Source: Amphiscolops sp. MND2022 (lineage: Eukaryota). From it: DNA of 64,000 bases. The stretch lies in assembly GCA_964187785.1 (NCBI GenBank), contig OZ076413.1, forward strand, positions 44,580,001-44,644,000. The letters are read 5' to 3'. Below the pieces are notes generated by a model that saw only the letters and a program-made list of their open reading frames with translations, was not told the origin of the DNA and made no database searches. A program made the translations under genes and the position numbers. Shown here piece after piece: positions 22,781 through 34,099 of this stretch. Position 1 is the stretch's first letter, and each line of letters begins with the position of its first letter.

Positions 22781-22802
22781 TATTTTTCAAAACCCGGTCG
22801 AT
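22781..22802 (+). promoter_or_regulatory. E1 PPT-position motif (non-canonical: tttttcaaaacccggtcgat)
   Basis: Directly abuts the 3' LTR; AAAA(A/C)CCGG shared with E2. Confidence 0.55.
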
Positions 22803-23217
22803 TGTGACGTCATGATACATGACATCAAGAATTTTATATTTGCTAAACTTCGTGACCTAATAGCATGACAGATGTCACTCTACTCAGAAGTTAATACTTC
22901 ATTATCGAAATGCTAATATTTCATTATAAATGTAATCCCTCCAAACTTCATCCTATAATGATTTGAAGTCTATTTAATCTTATTATTGATTGATGTACTA
23001 ACTAATTCTGTATAATCAGAGTAACTCGAATGTTGTAATCAACCAGTACTCTCATTTTGAAGAGAAATTAATTCTGAGATCTCAGTCCGAATAGTACTCC
23101 TCAGTTCAGTGAAAGTATAGCTAGCTAGACGGTACTCTGTTAAGACTTAGTAAAGAACTTCTTATGTACTTCATAAATGAAATAACATCTAACATAAGAC
23201 AAGTCTTAAACAGCTCA
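22803..23217 (+). repeat. E1 3' LTR (415 bp)
   Basis: See 5' LTR; followed by TSD CTAG. Confidence 0.97.
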
Positions 23218-24510
23218 CTAGCATCTCAGCTGTCTTGGCAAGATCTTGCCAAATTCCTACTATATCTTGGAGGCCATGGATCCCATGGCAAGATTCTTAT
23301 TAAGATCTTACTAAGATAATACTTTCTCCAAGATCGTATCTTATCACGATGGATAAAATTTTAAGATTATAAAAAACACTTCGGTACAAGCAGCCGAGTC
23401 TCAATCTGAAGCCTCATTTCACCCCACAACGACTATTTCTATTCGTTTTCATAATCAAAATGCTTCAACCTGCTGAAAAAAGTTAGCATGCAAAAATGCG
23501 TGAAAAATTACGATAACGTATTCTGGCTTCCGAAATTTTGACGAGAATCCTAATAAGTCCTCACCTGTTTAAGACTGAGAAAGGCTATTTCAAGGGCTTT
23601 AAAAAAACTTGTAATTTATCACTCCTGTCGACTCCAGAGACGGAGAAATATGCTCTCAAACGTCCAGACCCACTATCGGAAAGGTACAAAGAAACTACCT
23701 TAAAATCCGGAAACTTTTGTAAAAATCATATTTACAGCTTTCCTTGAGCCTGTTTCAGCAGCTTAATTACTGCTAGAAACGGCGGTCATTGCACTAATTT
23801 GTGTAATGATTCAGCTCAAAGCTTTTCTGACGCCGTTGTTGGCGACAGTCTTGCAATTGAAAGAACAATTCAACCAGCCTTCCTAAATAAATATCTCTTC
23901 AACCAAATTTTATACATTGCTAACAGAAGTTTTAATGTCTAACAATATAAATCTGCAGAAATGTTGACTTTTGTTGGCTTCCTTTCAGATTTTTTTCCTT
24001 CCAAATAGGATCTTACAATAAAAGTGTTCTTGGAAACATGGCTCTCTTGAAAATATCTTACCATGACATCTTGCAATTCTTTCCAATATCTTGCCAAGAT
24101 CTTACTAAGATATCCATGGAGGGTCGACCCGGGAAAACAAAATAAAATGTCTCTAGGAGTTATAGCAAACCATAGTAAAATCTGTAGGCAAGCTTCGAAA
24201 TCATGTAAAAAGTTCGAGCAGTTTAAACAAGGGTTGCATGTTCCCAAAAAATTAGAGTAAGTTTGTTCTCAAATAATCTCATGGCTTTCGACTGTATGAG
24301 CTGAAGGTCGAAACGGAGATTTCACATATGAACTCCTTTATAGTCTCCGTTTTCAACAATGGGTATTTTGGAGATCATTGCGTACACTGAAGTTATAGAT
24401 GTTCCGAAACCGTTCAATTACGTTTCACTTGAATGTTGACATTTTCGATACAGCAATATCCATTTCTCAGAGTGATTCGTGCTCCACACGGCATTATTCA
24501 TAACAAAATC

Positions 24511-24949
24511 GGTACTCCTGACTAAGTGTGGTCCCTACAAAATTTATGCAGCCGGCCTGAAAACTCCTGACTAAGTGTGGTCCCTAGCAAATTTAGAATA
24601 GCCAGCGTAAAGCAAACCTTACATGTAGTTCAAAACAGCAGAATTGAATTTACTAGCTTTTAGTGCTGTTACAGCCAATATGTATGGAACTTGTTTTGAG
24701 AAGGTTAACATATTTGTAGTATGGCTCGGTCGCTTCGCTCCCTTCGCCAAATAGCAACATTGAAGCATGGCCATATGGCACGTCGCTCCGCTTCGCTTCG
24801 CTCCTGCACTTAGGGCACTAGGGGTATGTGAACATAGCTGACTACGTTATAATAATTATTCCGATAAAATATGCAGGGACCACACTTACACTATAGGGAC
24901 CACACTTAGTAAGGAGAAATGGCTTGGACCACACTTAGTCAGGAGTACC
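24511..24949. mobile_element. MITE with GG termini and 8-bp TSD (Merlin-like)
   Basis: TIR ggtactcctgactaagtgtggtcc / ggaccacacttagtcaggagtacc; TSD acaaaatc at 24503-24510 and 24950-24957; internal TIR-derived repeats. Confidence 0.85.
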
Positions 24950-25029
24950 ACAAAATCAGCATCACAAACAAACATTTGTTAATGAGACAAGACGCCCGCT
25001 AAACATATTTTCCGCCTTTAAAAAAATCA

Positions 25030-25102
25030 GGCGGAGGGGAGATTCGACCTCACTGCCTACTGATTGATAGGCCGATGCACTACCAACTAAGCAATGGTAC
25101 CT
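25030..25102 (-). other. tRNA-derived sequence (SINE head or tRNA pseudogene)
   Basis: Minus strand has an A-box-like gcttagttggtagtgc and a B-box-like ggtcgaatc; acceptor stem does not pair well. Confidence 0.45.
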
Positions 25103-25568
25103 CAAAAATTGCGCCTAACATAAGTACTTAGATAAATACTTGAGATTTACATAAATACTTGACCATTTTAGTTATTTGAAGTAACTAAAATAGTCAAGTA
25201 GTTGATGGAGATGGTAGACATTTGGCAGAATTTGGAAAAAAACGCAACACATATTATGATTTTCCTCTCCCATTGTATGTGGGGCGGAAAATAAAGAATC
25301 TAAGACACATTTACATACGCCATTTTTTCAAAAATGACTGCTGTTTTTGAGATATTCGTTTCTGAGATTTGCCTAATTTTGCTTCCTAAACCACCGTGGT
25401 TTACTCATACACTGTTTTCAAACATCACCATAAATGACGTTTTATGATTTAATGGTTTTCTTATGTTGGTCAACTTGGCTGCTCAAATTTCATCACGATT
25501 GTCATTGACTCACCTGTGCCAATCCTTTGAAACACTTGCCAGTATAATGCATGCTCTTACATAGCCCA

Positions 25569-26374
25569 CCCATGTTCAGCACTCCCTGCGAATCTGTACA
25601 GATCTGCACAGATTCCGACAGATATTCCAGGATTGTTCGAAAATTGAATAGTCACAAATTCAGTTTCCGAAAAAGAAATTAGTTGGTTAAAAGTGCTCTA
25701 CGAAAAAACACGCCTTTTATTTGAAGTTTTAAAAAAGTTTCTGTGCGAATCTGTACAGATCTGTACAGATTCTTGCAGATATTCCAGAACTTGTTAAAAA
25801 TTAACCATACCAATAAATTACTATAACGTATTCCGAGTTTCCAGCAATTACTAAAACTACTCCAGCAAACCATGTTCCCAAAATATTACAACCACAGCAC
25901 TTAATCAACACCTCTACCATCCCAGGAGGTTGTCACATGTCAAATTTCATCCGTCAAAACGAAGTCAATATGGCAAACGAGCCTCTCAAAGTTGAAAAAC
26001 CACTTCTGGAAAGTTCAAGTGAAATGGATAAATTACAGTGCATAACCAACACCGAACATTCCCCAGACACCAAAATTACCGTGATGGGGACAAAATTTCC
26101 TGCTCAAGAATTTTGTGTGATGGAGAGTTTCAACTGACTGAGCCTTGGTAAGCAAAAATATCTACTGAAGAAGCTAATAAATGAAATGCATAGTCTCACT
26201 AGAAGGTCCGGAAAAAAATTTCCTGAGAAATCTGTACAGAAAATCTTTGAACATCTGTAAAGATCCTTGCAGATCTGCAGTTGTCCTTATGTAGCAGTGG
26301 CACGATCTTTACAGATCCTCAAGGAAAATTGGCTCACAGATCTTTACAGATTCTCAAGGAAAGCTCAACATGGG
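25569..26374. mobile_element. Probable non-autonomous TIR element with AGATCT/ATCTGTACAGA subterminal repeats
   Basis: ccatgttcagc ... gctcaacatggg imperfect inverted ends; repeated gaatctgtacagatctg units. Confidence 0.4.
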
Positions 26375-27491
26375 CACTGACTCTTGAAAACCTTGATAAC
26401 ATTTCGTTTGTTCCTGTTTCTTTCAAACATCTGAGTTTTTAAAGGAATATTGACAAGAGTCATATTAAGAGTCTCAAAAGAACAAATTTATTTGCAAAAT
26501 AATCAATATGTTTGTTTTTCATCACTTTGCTAGCGCACGACTAGCTATAATAGCAATCTTTGAAACGTTTGTTATTGGTCAACGGAAGTGAAAAAAAAAT
26601 TTCAGGATGTGATAGCTTGGTTAGTGGCGTGAACCGCTGTGGCACAAAATGTACGCTGATCATGCTGCATTTGTCGACTGTTTGTTTTTTCCTTCACTTT
26701 TGCTAGCTCTTCTGTTGAAACTCTTGGCAAGATCTTGCAAGATCATACATATTCTTCGGGCTACTAAAAAGGCTGCCAAGATTACTACTGAGGATTTCAC
26801 GGAAATGCAGGATTTTTATCAGAAATTATAAAAGTTTTCACACTCGATCGAGTGATCTTTGCAAAAGGATCCTAATGTAAACATAGAAGAAAAGAAACAA
26901 GTGTTGAAGGAATTATGGGATTTCATACTACGGATTGCATTTAAAAAAATTTCACAGTAAATCATTAAGCTTGGCAAATGCACAGCATAATTTTTCACTT
27001 CATTAAGCTTTTACATGTCCCTCCATACTTGGTTTAGCGTTTTTAATTCAAATGATAATCTGATTCAATTTTTGGTATTTAAGAGTACCATGCAGTCACT
27101 TGCAATGATTAAGCATAGAAGACCCCCTAAAAGTTTTATAGCTTTTACCTGTGGGTTCGTCATCTCGGTGTTGAAAACCATTTGCTCAAATTGTTTTTTT
27201 TTACAAATATCAGTGCTACTATGCAAGGTAGTGAGTGGTTTAGTTTAGACGAAAGTGAAAATTTCTTTCAGTTTTTTGTGGTGATTTTGATGTACAAGCA
27301 CAGCAAATATTGATGTATTTTACCCTAGTTCTACTTACTCTTAACGCAGGTTTTTTTCATCATTGCTACTGAAGCGAATAGTTAGCCCCTAATTGCTTAT
27401 CATCGATGGGCCATTGGACGGACAATGTTGTAATTTATTTGGAAACAGAGTTTGGACCATGTGATCTATTTCCCCCCCCAGGTACACCTTG

Positions 27492-27760
27492 TGTGCTGCT
27501 TTTAATGGTTGGTTATTGTTTTTGATGGTCTTATACGCAACTACTAAAAGCGGCTGAGAGACAGGCTAGCTAGCTTACTTTATTACAACTATTCCGAGGT
27601 GTTAGGAGTAGAACAAAAAGGAAGTCAACTGAATACTGATTATTAGTTTTCTCTCTCTGAAGGAGTAGAGATTTACAATCATTCAATAACAAATAAATGT
27701 ACGTTCTAGAACATTCTATAAGCATCTAAATACTATTGGTTATTAATGTAGGTCAGTACA
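27492..27760 (-). repeat. E2 3' LTR (269 bp)
   Basis: Matches 45568-45836 with two substitutions. Confidence 0.97.
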
Positions 27761-27780
27761 TCCATCCCGGTTTTTAAATA
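27761..27780 (-). promoter_or_regulatory. E2 PPT-position motif (tatttaaaaaccgggatgga)
   Basis: Abuts the 3' LTR on the minus strand; purine-rich but interrupted by CC and T. Confidence 0.6.
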
Positions 27781-27857
27781 AAATAAAATTTTAAAGTAGC
27801 ATCATTAATTGAAATGAAGAAAACTTTTTGTTTAAATGTTCTTAGCGTTTCAGCTAG

Positions 27858-28265
27858 TTAACATTTTTCATTTGATGGATGATTGGCATAAGTCTCGTTA
27901 AGAGTGGTGTAAGTTCGACTCATTGGTGTACCTCGAATTGTCAAAATTCTGATTGACACCTCGTAGGTGCGACTACAGTTCAAAAGCGTCAAAGTGTTCT
28001 TTTTCACTATGCTTTCGTCGGCTTGTTTTTTGAACTGGTAGATGCTCAATTTTATGCTTCTGTTGAAGTTTTGAATGAACTTCGCATTGAACAAACGTGA
28101 GCAAACATCATACGATTTAGAGGTCAAAGAGTCAAAGAAATAATATTGTTGAGAAAAATTTTTTTTGAACGTGAAATACGTTTGAAAAGATTTCAGGTTG
28201 TGATTAACTTTGGCGGGTTTGTTATGTAACAAATGTTGAAAACTTTGAGAATTTGGGTCTGTCAT
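27858..28265 (-). CDS. E2 ORF6, unknown basic protein (135 aa)
   Basis: Intact ATG ORF on the element's sense strand just before the 3' LTR; degenerate homolog at the same position in E1. Confidence 0.6.
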   Translation of the reverse strand: MTDPNSQSFQHLLHNKPAKVNHNLKSFQTYFTFKKNFSQQYYFFDSLTSKSYDVCSRLFNAKFIQNFNRSIKLSIYQFKKQADESIVKKNTLTLLNCSRTYEVSIRILTIRGTPMSRTYTTLNETYANHPSNEKC

Positions 28266-28809
28266 TATTCGAATTTGATTTGAACAATGTGCTTGATCTA
28301 ATTTTGAGCTGGTTTTGTTGAAATTTGAAAAGATTTGTTGATAATATTTGTGAATTTTTTGGATAGGATAGCACCGAAAAATAATAATTATTACTAATTA
28401 TTCTTTAAAAATAAAGCAAATAAATATCGGTACGGGTGTGAATAAAAAATTGTTGGGCAAATAAATATAGGTGGGGATGAAATTTGAAATAATAACTACA
28501 TAATGAATAATTTAGATGAGAGTTTGAATTCTATGAAATATTAGATGAGTTTGAAACTTTTCGAAATGTTATCATGCGCAATGTTTTTTCTTTGAGTTTT
28601 CTTTATTAATAATTATCGATCATCTTCGGCTGAGCATGTGGGTGACGATGGACGATTGGAAGATGGAAGAAGAAGGGTCAGCAGATGAATGAAGGTGGGC
28701 AACTGTTGGGCGGCGATGAAGTTGAAGATGGGTGCTGATCTGTTGCTCGTTGAGGATGTGGAATTTGAAGATGGGAGTAGACGGGTGCTGTTGGTGGCGT
28801 CTGTTGATG

Positions 28810-29286
28810 TTAGAAGGAAACGTAAGTATATGTTTTGTGTGGATAGTTATCGTCTAAAAGTGCTTCTGGGGGATCTTTTTGAAGGTCTTCGTCAGTGTCA
28901 TCATTGTCATCTGAGGGCCAATATGAATTTAGACGTTGTTTTTCCATTTCGGAACGCATTCTATTGGATAAAGTTCGTATTAAACGCTTGGGTTTGATGG
29001 TAGTATGTTCTGTTTGGGTAGTGGCATCCTTTTGATTTGAATAAGTGTCAGGATGTTTATGAATATGGAGATATTGGTCGAAATTTATTCTTGTTATTTG
29101 GAATATTTGGAACATATTAAGCAATATCATCCTTGTAAGATGTGGGTCTGCTTTTTTTTCTGTTCGAAGCTGCGCATTTAATGTCGTTAAATGCTTTTTC
29201 AGGATCAAGGATCGCAATCGAGCTGAAGAGATTGAAAGAAAAGGAGCTATTGGGCAGTCAATGTCGCCAGATTGGATAGTTGTCAT
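28810..29286 (-). CDS. E2 ORF5, unknown protein (158 aa)
   Basis: Homologous to E1 21200-21679 (I.F.QY..IH.H motif); acidic C-terminus. Confidence 0.72.
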   Translation of the reverse strand: MTTIQSGDIDCPIAPFLSISSARLRSLILKKHLTTLNAQLRTEKKADPHLTRMILLNMFQIFQITRINFDQYLHIHKHPDTYSNQKDATTQTEHTTIKPKRLIRTLSNRMRSEMEKQRLNSYWPSDDNDDTDEDLQKDPPEALLDDNYPHKTYTYVSF

Positions 29287-29801
29287 ATTGAAGAATGAGA
29301 AAATTTCGTTGAAAGCTGTAGAAGATACTTCGGAATTCTTCTTGAATGGGTGGCCTGAGAGGAGGAAGGAATGCTGAAGAAGCAGTTGTGACGATATTCA
29401 CCTAAAATAGATTAGTTTGTTTACAATAAAGTTCCTTTGAAAATAGAATTTCGTAGTTGACATTTTTTTTATTGAATTTTGTGATGTTATAACTTTTTAA
29501 TTTTAAGTTTTAAGTTGTTGTATTTTGGAAGTATTTTGAAGGGTATTTAAATATCTTTCATATAAGTACTTATTTGTTGAAATCGGTCCATTAAAAAGAG
29601 GAGCAATGGAAGAATTTCGTTGAAAATTTTTATGTCGTGATTGAAATTTTTATGTTATTTCATTTTAAAAGTGTATTTTAACATTAAGCATGTATTAGAA
29701 TCATGCATAGCAGGCATATGCGTGTAGATTCAATTAATTTTGACAGGTTGTTAAGAGATTAAGTGATAAGTGTTAATACCTTTAAAGCTATTATCCCATA
29801 A

Positions 29802-31100
29802 TTACCAGTTAAGTCGATGCATTTTTTCAATAGTGTAGTTGAATTCGTCTAAGGATGTGCGAATGCACAAAGCTGATTGGCTAATTCTTGTCGTATCAAA
29901 TACGATATTTTGTATTATGCTTCGAGCTTGTTCAAGGGTATTTACGATTTCAGCGATTGTTATAAGAATATCTCGGTTTGGATGATGATACGGTTTTATG
30001 ATATTCATAATTTCTGTATATTTCTGTAATTCATCTGTTGGGCGAAAACTTTGTGGTTGAGGAATATCATTTTTGGTTTTCTTAGGCGATTCTTGTTTTG
30101 CCTTTTTATATTCTTTCTGATTTCCATTTGTAAGAAGTGAAAGCAGGTGGGAAATAATGAAAATTAATTCATTATTTGAATATCCCTTTTTGATCATTGC
30201 GTGAAAATAAGACTTTTCACAGTCTCCCAATGGTTGAGAGGCTATTTGTTGAAGTGGAGGAAGAGGATTAGATATATGTTGAGGTATATCTTCTTGTAGT
30301 AACGAATCGTCGTTTAGAATGAGGTATTCTTGTGGAACAATGATTGGTCTTTTTGGGTAATCATTTGGAAGGAAGAGAAAACTTTGTTTCAGCGGGTCAT
30401 AGTTTCGAAGTTTTCCTTTTGTTTTGGTATGATCTAATAAATATTCTGAGTTGAAGGTGAATGGCGATGTATATTTGGAGTTGAAGAATATATAATTATC
30501 GGGCTCTTTATATTGAAGAAACTTTTGATAAGTCATATGGTGGGCCTTTTTGATTTGGTATGGCAAAAAATTTGCATCATTTGCTTCTGTTCGAAGATCA
30601 TATGGAGATGGTCTGAGGAAGTTGTATTGAAGTGAGAAAATTTTCACTTTATTGTTTAACCACCAATCATATGGGGTAATCAGTTTTGAAGCAATTGATG
30701 TATGATAATCATTTTTAAATTCTCTGATGATGAATTTGTCATTTGTTGGAATCATGTATAACGAAGTTAACTGAGATTGAAATGTGAATTGTTTCGACGA
30801 GAGAATAGGAACTAATTCACAATCTCTATCTTCATCTTGTTTAATTGGTTTTATGAAAGGAGGGCAAGCGCCAGATTCCATAAAAGGTTTATCTGCGGTT
30901 ATATCTGGGTACTTTCTTTTTTGAGATCTTGTGTTAACATGATCTACTTGTTCAATAGGGATATTTTCTATAGCATCTTGAGAGTTGGAGGAAGAGTTAT
31001 TATCTTCGTTAACATTTTGTTGAATAGTTATATTCAAAGGGGTTGCAAGCACTTCAGAAGGATTAGAGTTAACTACATCAATATCGGGCAAGGATTCCAT
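29802..31100 (-). CDS. E2 ORF4, unknown protein (432 aa)
   Basis: Intact; homologous to E1 ORF4 over most of its length. Confidence 0.88.
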   Translation of the reverse strand: MESLPDIDVVNSNPSEVLATPLNITIQQNVNEDNNSSSNSQDAIENIPIEQVDHVNTRSQKRKYPDITADKPFMESGACPPFIKPIKQDEDRDCELVPILSSKQFTFQSQLTSLYMIPTNDKFIIREFKNDYHTSIASKLITPYDWWLNNKVKIFSLQYNFLRPSPYDLRTEANDANFLPYQIKKAHHMTYQKFLQYKEPDNYIFFNSKYTSPFTFNSEYLLDHTKTKGKLRNYDPLKQSFLFLPNDYPKRPIIVPQEYLILNDDSLLQEDIPQHISNPLPPLQQIASQPLGDCEKSYFHAMIKKGYSNNELIFIISHLLSLLTNGNQKEYKKAKQESPKKTKNDIPQPQSFRPTDELQKYTEIMNIIKPYHHPNRDILITIAEIVNTLEQARSIIQNIVFDTTRISQSALCIRTSLDEFNYTIEKMHRLNW

Positions 31101-31521
31101 TATTTAAACTTGCGTGTTGTTGCAGAGCTAAAATAATAATTATAACATTTGATTACATTATTTCTAATACTAAGGAAAAATTTTGTTATGTCTTTTCTAT
31201 CCATTAAATTGTTTGTTAAAATTAAAGTTTAAATTGTACTTACAATATGGGAATACTGGGTCAATGATGGGTTGAACACATCAACAATCACAGTGGCATC
31301 TAATCCAGGAATAGAAACTTCTGTGATTTCGGTCGTTTAGATGGACTGAAAATCCAGTTGAAGTCTTCGGGTTGAGAGTTGAGTTGAGTTGAGTTGAAAA
31401 GGAGAGACCAGTCCGAGTGAGAATTTGGGTGTGAATGAAAGTTGAAACTGAGAAGAATTTGGTTGATAATTTTGTGAACTTTTCTTGAGGTTAATTTGTT
31501 TTTTAAGTTATTGCTTTTCAG

Positions 31522-34097
31522 CTAGGAGGGATTGAATTTTATAAAGACTTTAGCAGGACTTTCCGGTACAGCTATTACATTTGACATTATTGGGTCATAG
31601 TCCTGAGAATTAATATCGTTTACATTAGTTGGGTGTGTTTTTTGCGGTGATTGAAATGTTGAATTCTTACTGGAATATTTAGGAGGTAAATTTAGGAGTC
31701 AGTATCAGAGTGTCTTCGTATATTGTTTAATTCTTTTTCCGGCAATAGGATATTATCATTTTCACTTGTTGTAATTTTGTGTTTAGTATATATCCGTTTT
31801 CGTTTTCCTGTATTATTTAAATCGGTTACCATTTCCGATGTAACTATATTAAAAAATCCATGGGCTATTGAACTCAAAATGGAAATGTTGCTTTGGAGAT
31901 TATATTTTATGCTAATTGTTCTGTAGAATTTGAGTAAAAATGTTAAAACTTCTCTAATGAAAAGGAATGTTGAAAAATAAATTCCACATTGGGTTAAAAC
32001 ATAACATGGGTATCCAAAGAAATTAATGAATGCTTGACTGAACCAGTCAGGGTTAAAAAGTGGTAAAAGATTTGACAAGTGGTCATGTACTCCAATCCTT
32101 AAATGATTATAGGGATTATGTTCTGAGTATGAGTGTTTTTCATTATGCATTGAAATGAAATCATAGCTCAATGATTTTCCAAGTAATTGAAGAGTTGTGT
32201 CTGAATGTTTAGCAAATAATACTCTATTCCAGAATTGATCTAATTCTGCATTTGAGTATATACCGGCATCTTGGGCGGTAAATGTATTAGGAGTGATTGT
32301 TGTTTTAATTTGGGTAGGTTTAAACATTTGTGGTGCTTCTCGTTTGAGTGGTTCTGGTGTTAACACATACAAATCTCCGTCGTTGGAATCTGGATCTAAT
32401 TCTATTATATTTTGTGGGTTACTTCCACATTCAATTGGTGTTGCGTAGTTAAAAGTTTGTCTTGTTATTGGGTCAACATACATTATCGTTTCTCTGTAGT
32501 GTATAGGAATTCTATCAAAGCATTTATCTGCCTTGTATAGTGGTGATATAAAATGAGGGCAATCATACAGCCATGCTGTAGATCCTTCAACATAGAGAAA
32601 GTTACTACGATTTCCAGTTAAAAGAAAACCAGCTAATTGGGGATTTTTAACTGACATTGCTAGTATTGTTAACAGTTGAGTTCTTTCTAGTTCACATATT
32701 GTATGAAGAGTGTTTAGTTCTTGTACTGTCATGGATTTAAATACATGAATTATTGTGAAATCAATCTTTGTATTAATGTGGGCATCATAGTCTAAAGTGG
32801 CGAAATTGTTTGATATATTCAATGCAGGGAATATAAACCTTTTGTTTGAATCATCATATTTTATATTTCCACTAATTGTTTGGTCAATTATTGAGTGTGG
32901 TTTTGGCAATCCTGTGTTCATATCAAAACCATCTAAGTATGTAACAAAGATGTCATCATATTGTGTTGAAAATAATGGTTCAGGTTTTCCACAGAAGGTT
33001 TGTGCAATTGGGTATATTTCAAATCGAGAAAGGCTTGGATTGCTTACTTTTGATTGTGGTGTTTTTATATTAGGGTATTTTGTTCCTTGTATTCCTTCGG
33101 TTTGAAGTTTTTGTGTGATGTTTGAAGTTTCAATAAAGGTATCGGTTTCTATCCAATATCTATCTTTGATTCGTGTCATTCTACCAATGAATTCTTGAAG
33201 TTGAAATATGAGGCAAAATTTTTCATCAAACCATGTTAATGTATATGGAGTTTTGATCGTTGGTTTACAAAATCCGTCTGAATGATAACATGGTAATATG
33301 TGTCCGTCATGTATTAATTGATTGTTTTTATCGTCATAATCTATTGCGGTGTTAACAATTCTAAGTTTCCAACTTTGTCGGGTAATTAAATGTTCGCGGT
33401 CTGATCGACATCTAGAGTATGTATTTTGTGTAACATTAACTATCCAATCAGGATAATTTTCGTCAAATACGAAGGTTCCAATATGCCATGTATTTAATTT
33501 TTTTACTCTAAATGGTGTCTGAAATCGTTCAACTGTGTTTTGATAATTACTATCATCGAACAAGGAGAACGAGCTTTGTATATTGTAGTTGTTTAATTCT
33601 TCGCTATCAGTCGCGTTTAAATATCTGATCATATTTTTGCATTCAATAGGGTCCAATATTTTTGGAAGTTCTAATGTGTTTTGTCCCCATTGTAAACGAT
33701 CATATCGTCTACTAGATGTGAATGTTTGTGAACACCAGACTTTCTCAGTCTTTATATATGCTTCACATTTAAAGGCTTTTATTCTTTTGGCTTTTGCTCT
33801 AACATAAACTGTTGCTTGGGTTTTTGTGTGTTGTATATCTGAGAGTGCTTGTTTACATGGTTCTATATTTAATAAACTGAATTGTCTTAAGTTATTTTGT
33901 TTTGCACAATCATAATGAGATACCATTAAGTTTAAAATGTTAGGATCTTGGTCTGAAATATGATTTTCGGAATTGGTGGTGTCAACTTTGGGAACAGTTG
34001 AAGGATGAACTAAAGAGTGAACTATATTTATTATATACGTGTATTTAACAACTTGTATTATATATAGTAAATAAAAGGTAAAGGTGATTTGGTTCAT
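31522..34097 (-). CDS. env: E2 envelope glycoprotein (801 aa open to 31692; tail continues in another frame to 31522)
   Basis: Signal-like N-terminus, Cys pattern and TM matching E1 env; after an apparent 1-nt frameshift near 31694 it reads LNLPPKYSSK...ESPAKVFIKFNPS, resembling the E1 tail DTPVRIYSKTNYS. Confidence 0.85.
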
Positions 34098-34099
34098 GG

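Larger units (their letters stand above)
5374..23217 (+). mobile_element. Element E1: full-length 17,844-bp env-bearing Ty3/Gypsy-type LTR retroelement (endogenous virus-like)
   Basis: TG...CA LTRs 5374-5788 and 22803-23217; 4-bp TSD CTAG (5370-5373, 23218-23221); PBS; gag-PR-RT-RH-IN order; env and accessory ORFs. Confidence 0.97.
5352..24133. mobile_element. Non-autonomous CCC...GGG-ended DNA transposon (CMC/EnSpm-like) split by LTR element E1
   Basis: TIR cccgggttgaccctc (5352) / gagggtcgacccggg (24133); flanking duplication aaaacaa (5345-5351, 24134-24140; at minimum AA); removing E1 restores sequence colinear with 250-415. Confidence 0.75.

Noticed and set aside
22791..22801. Similarity of E1 PPT-position motif (acccggtcga) to the host MITE TIR (cccgggtcga)
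   Set aside because: Short match; E2 has the same core motif but sits in an unrelated MITE, so probably coincidental.
25030..25102. Functional tRNA gene
   Set aside because: A/B boxes are present but the acceptor stem does not pair; treated as tRNA-derived repeat.
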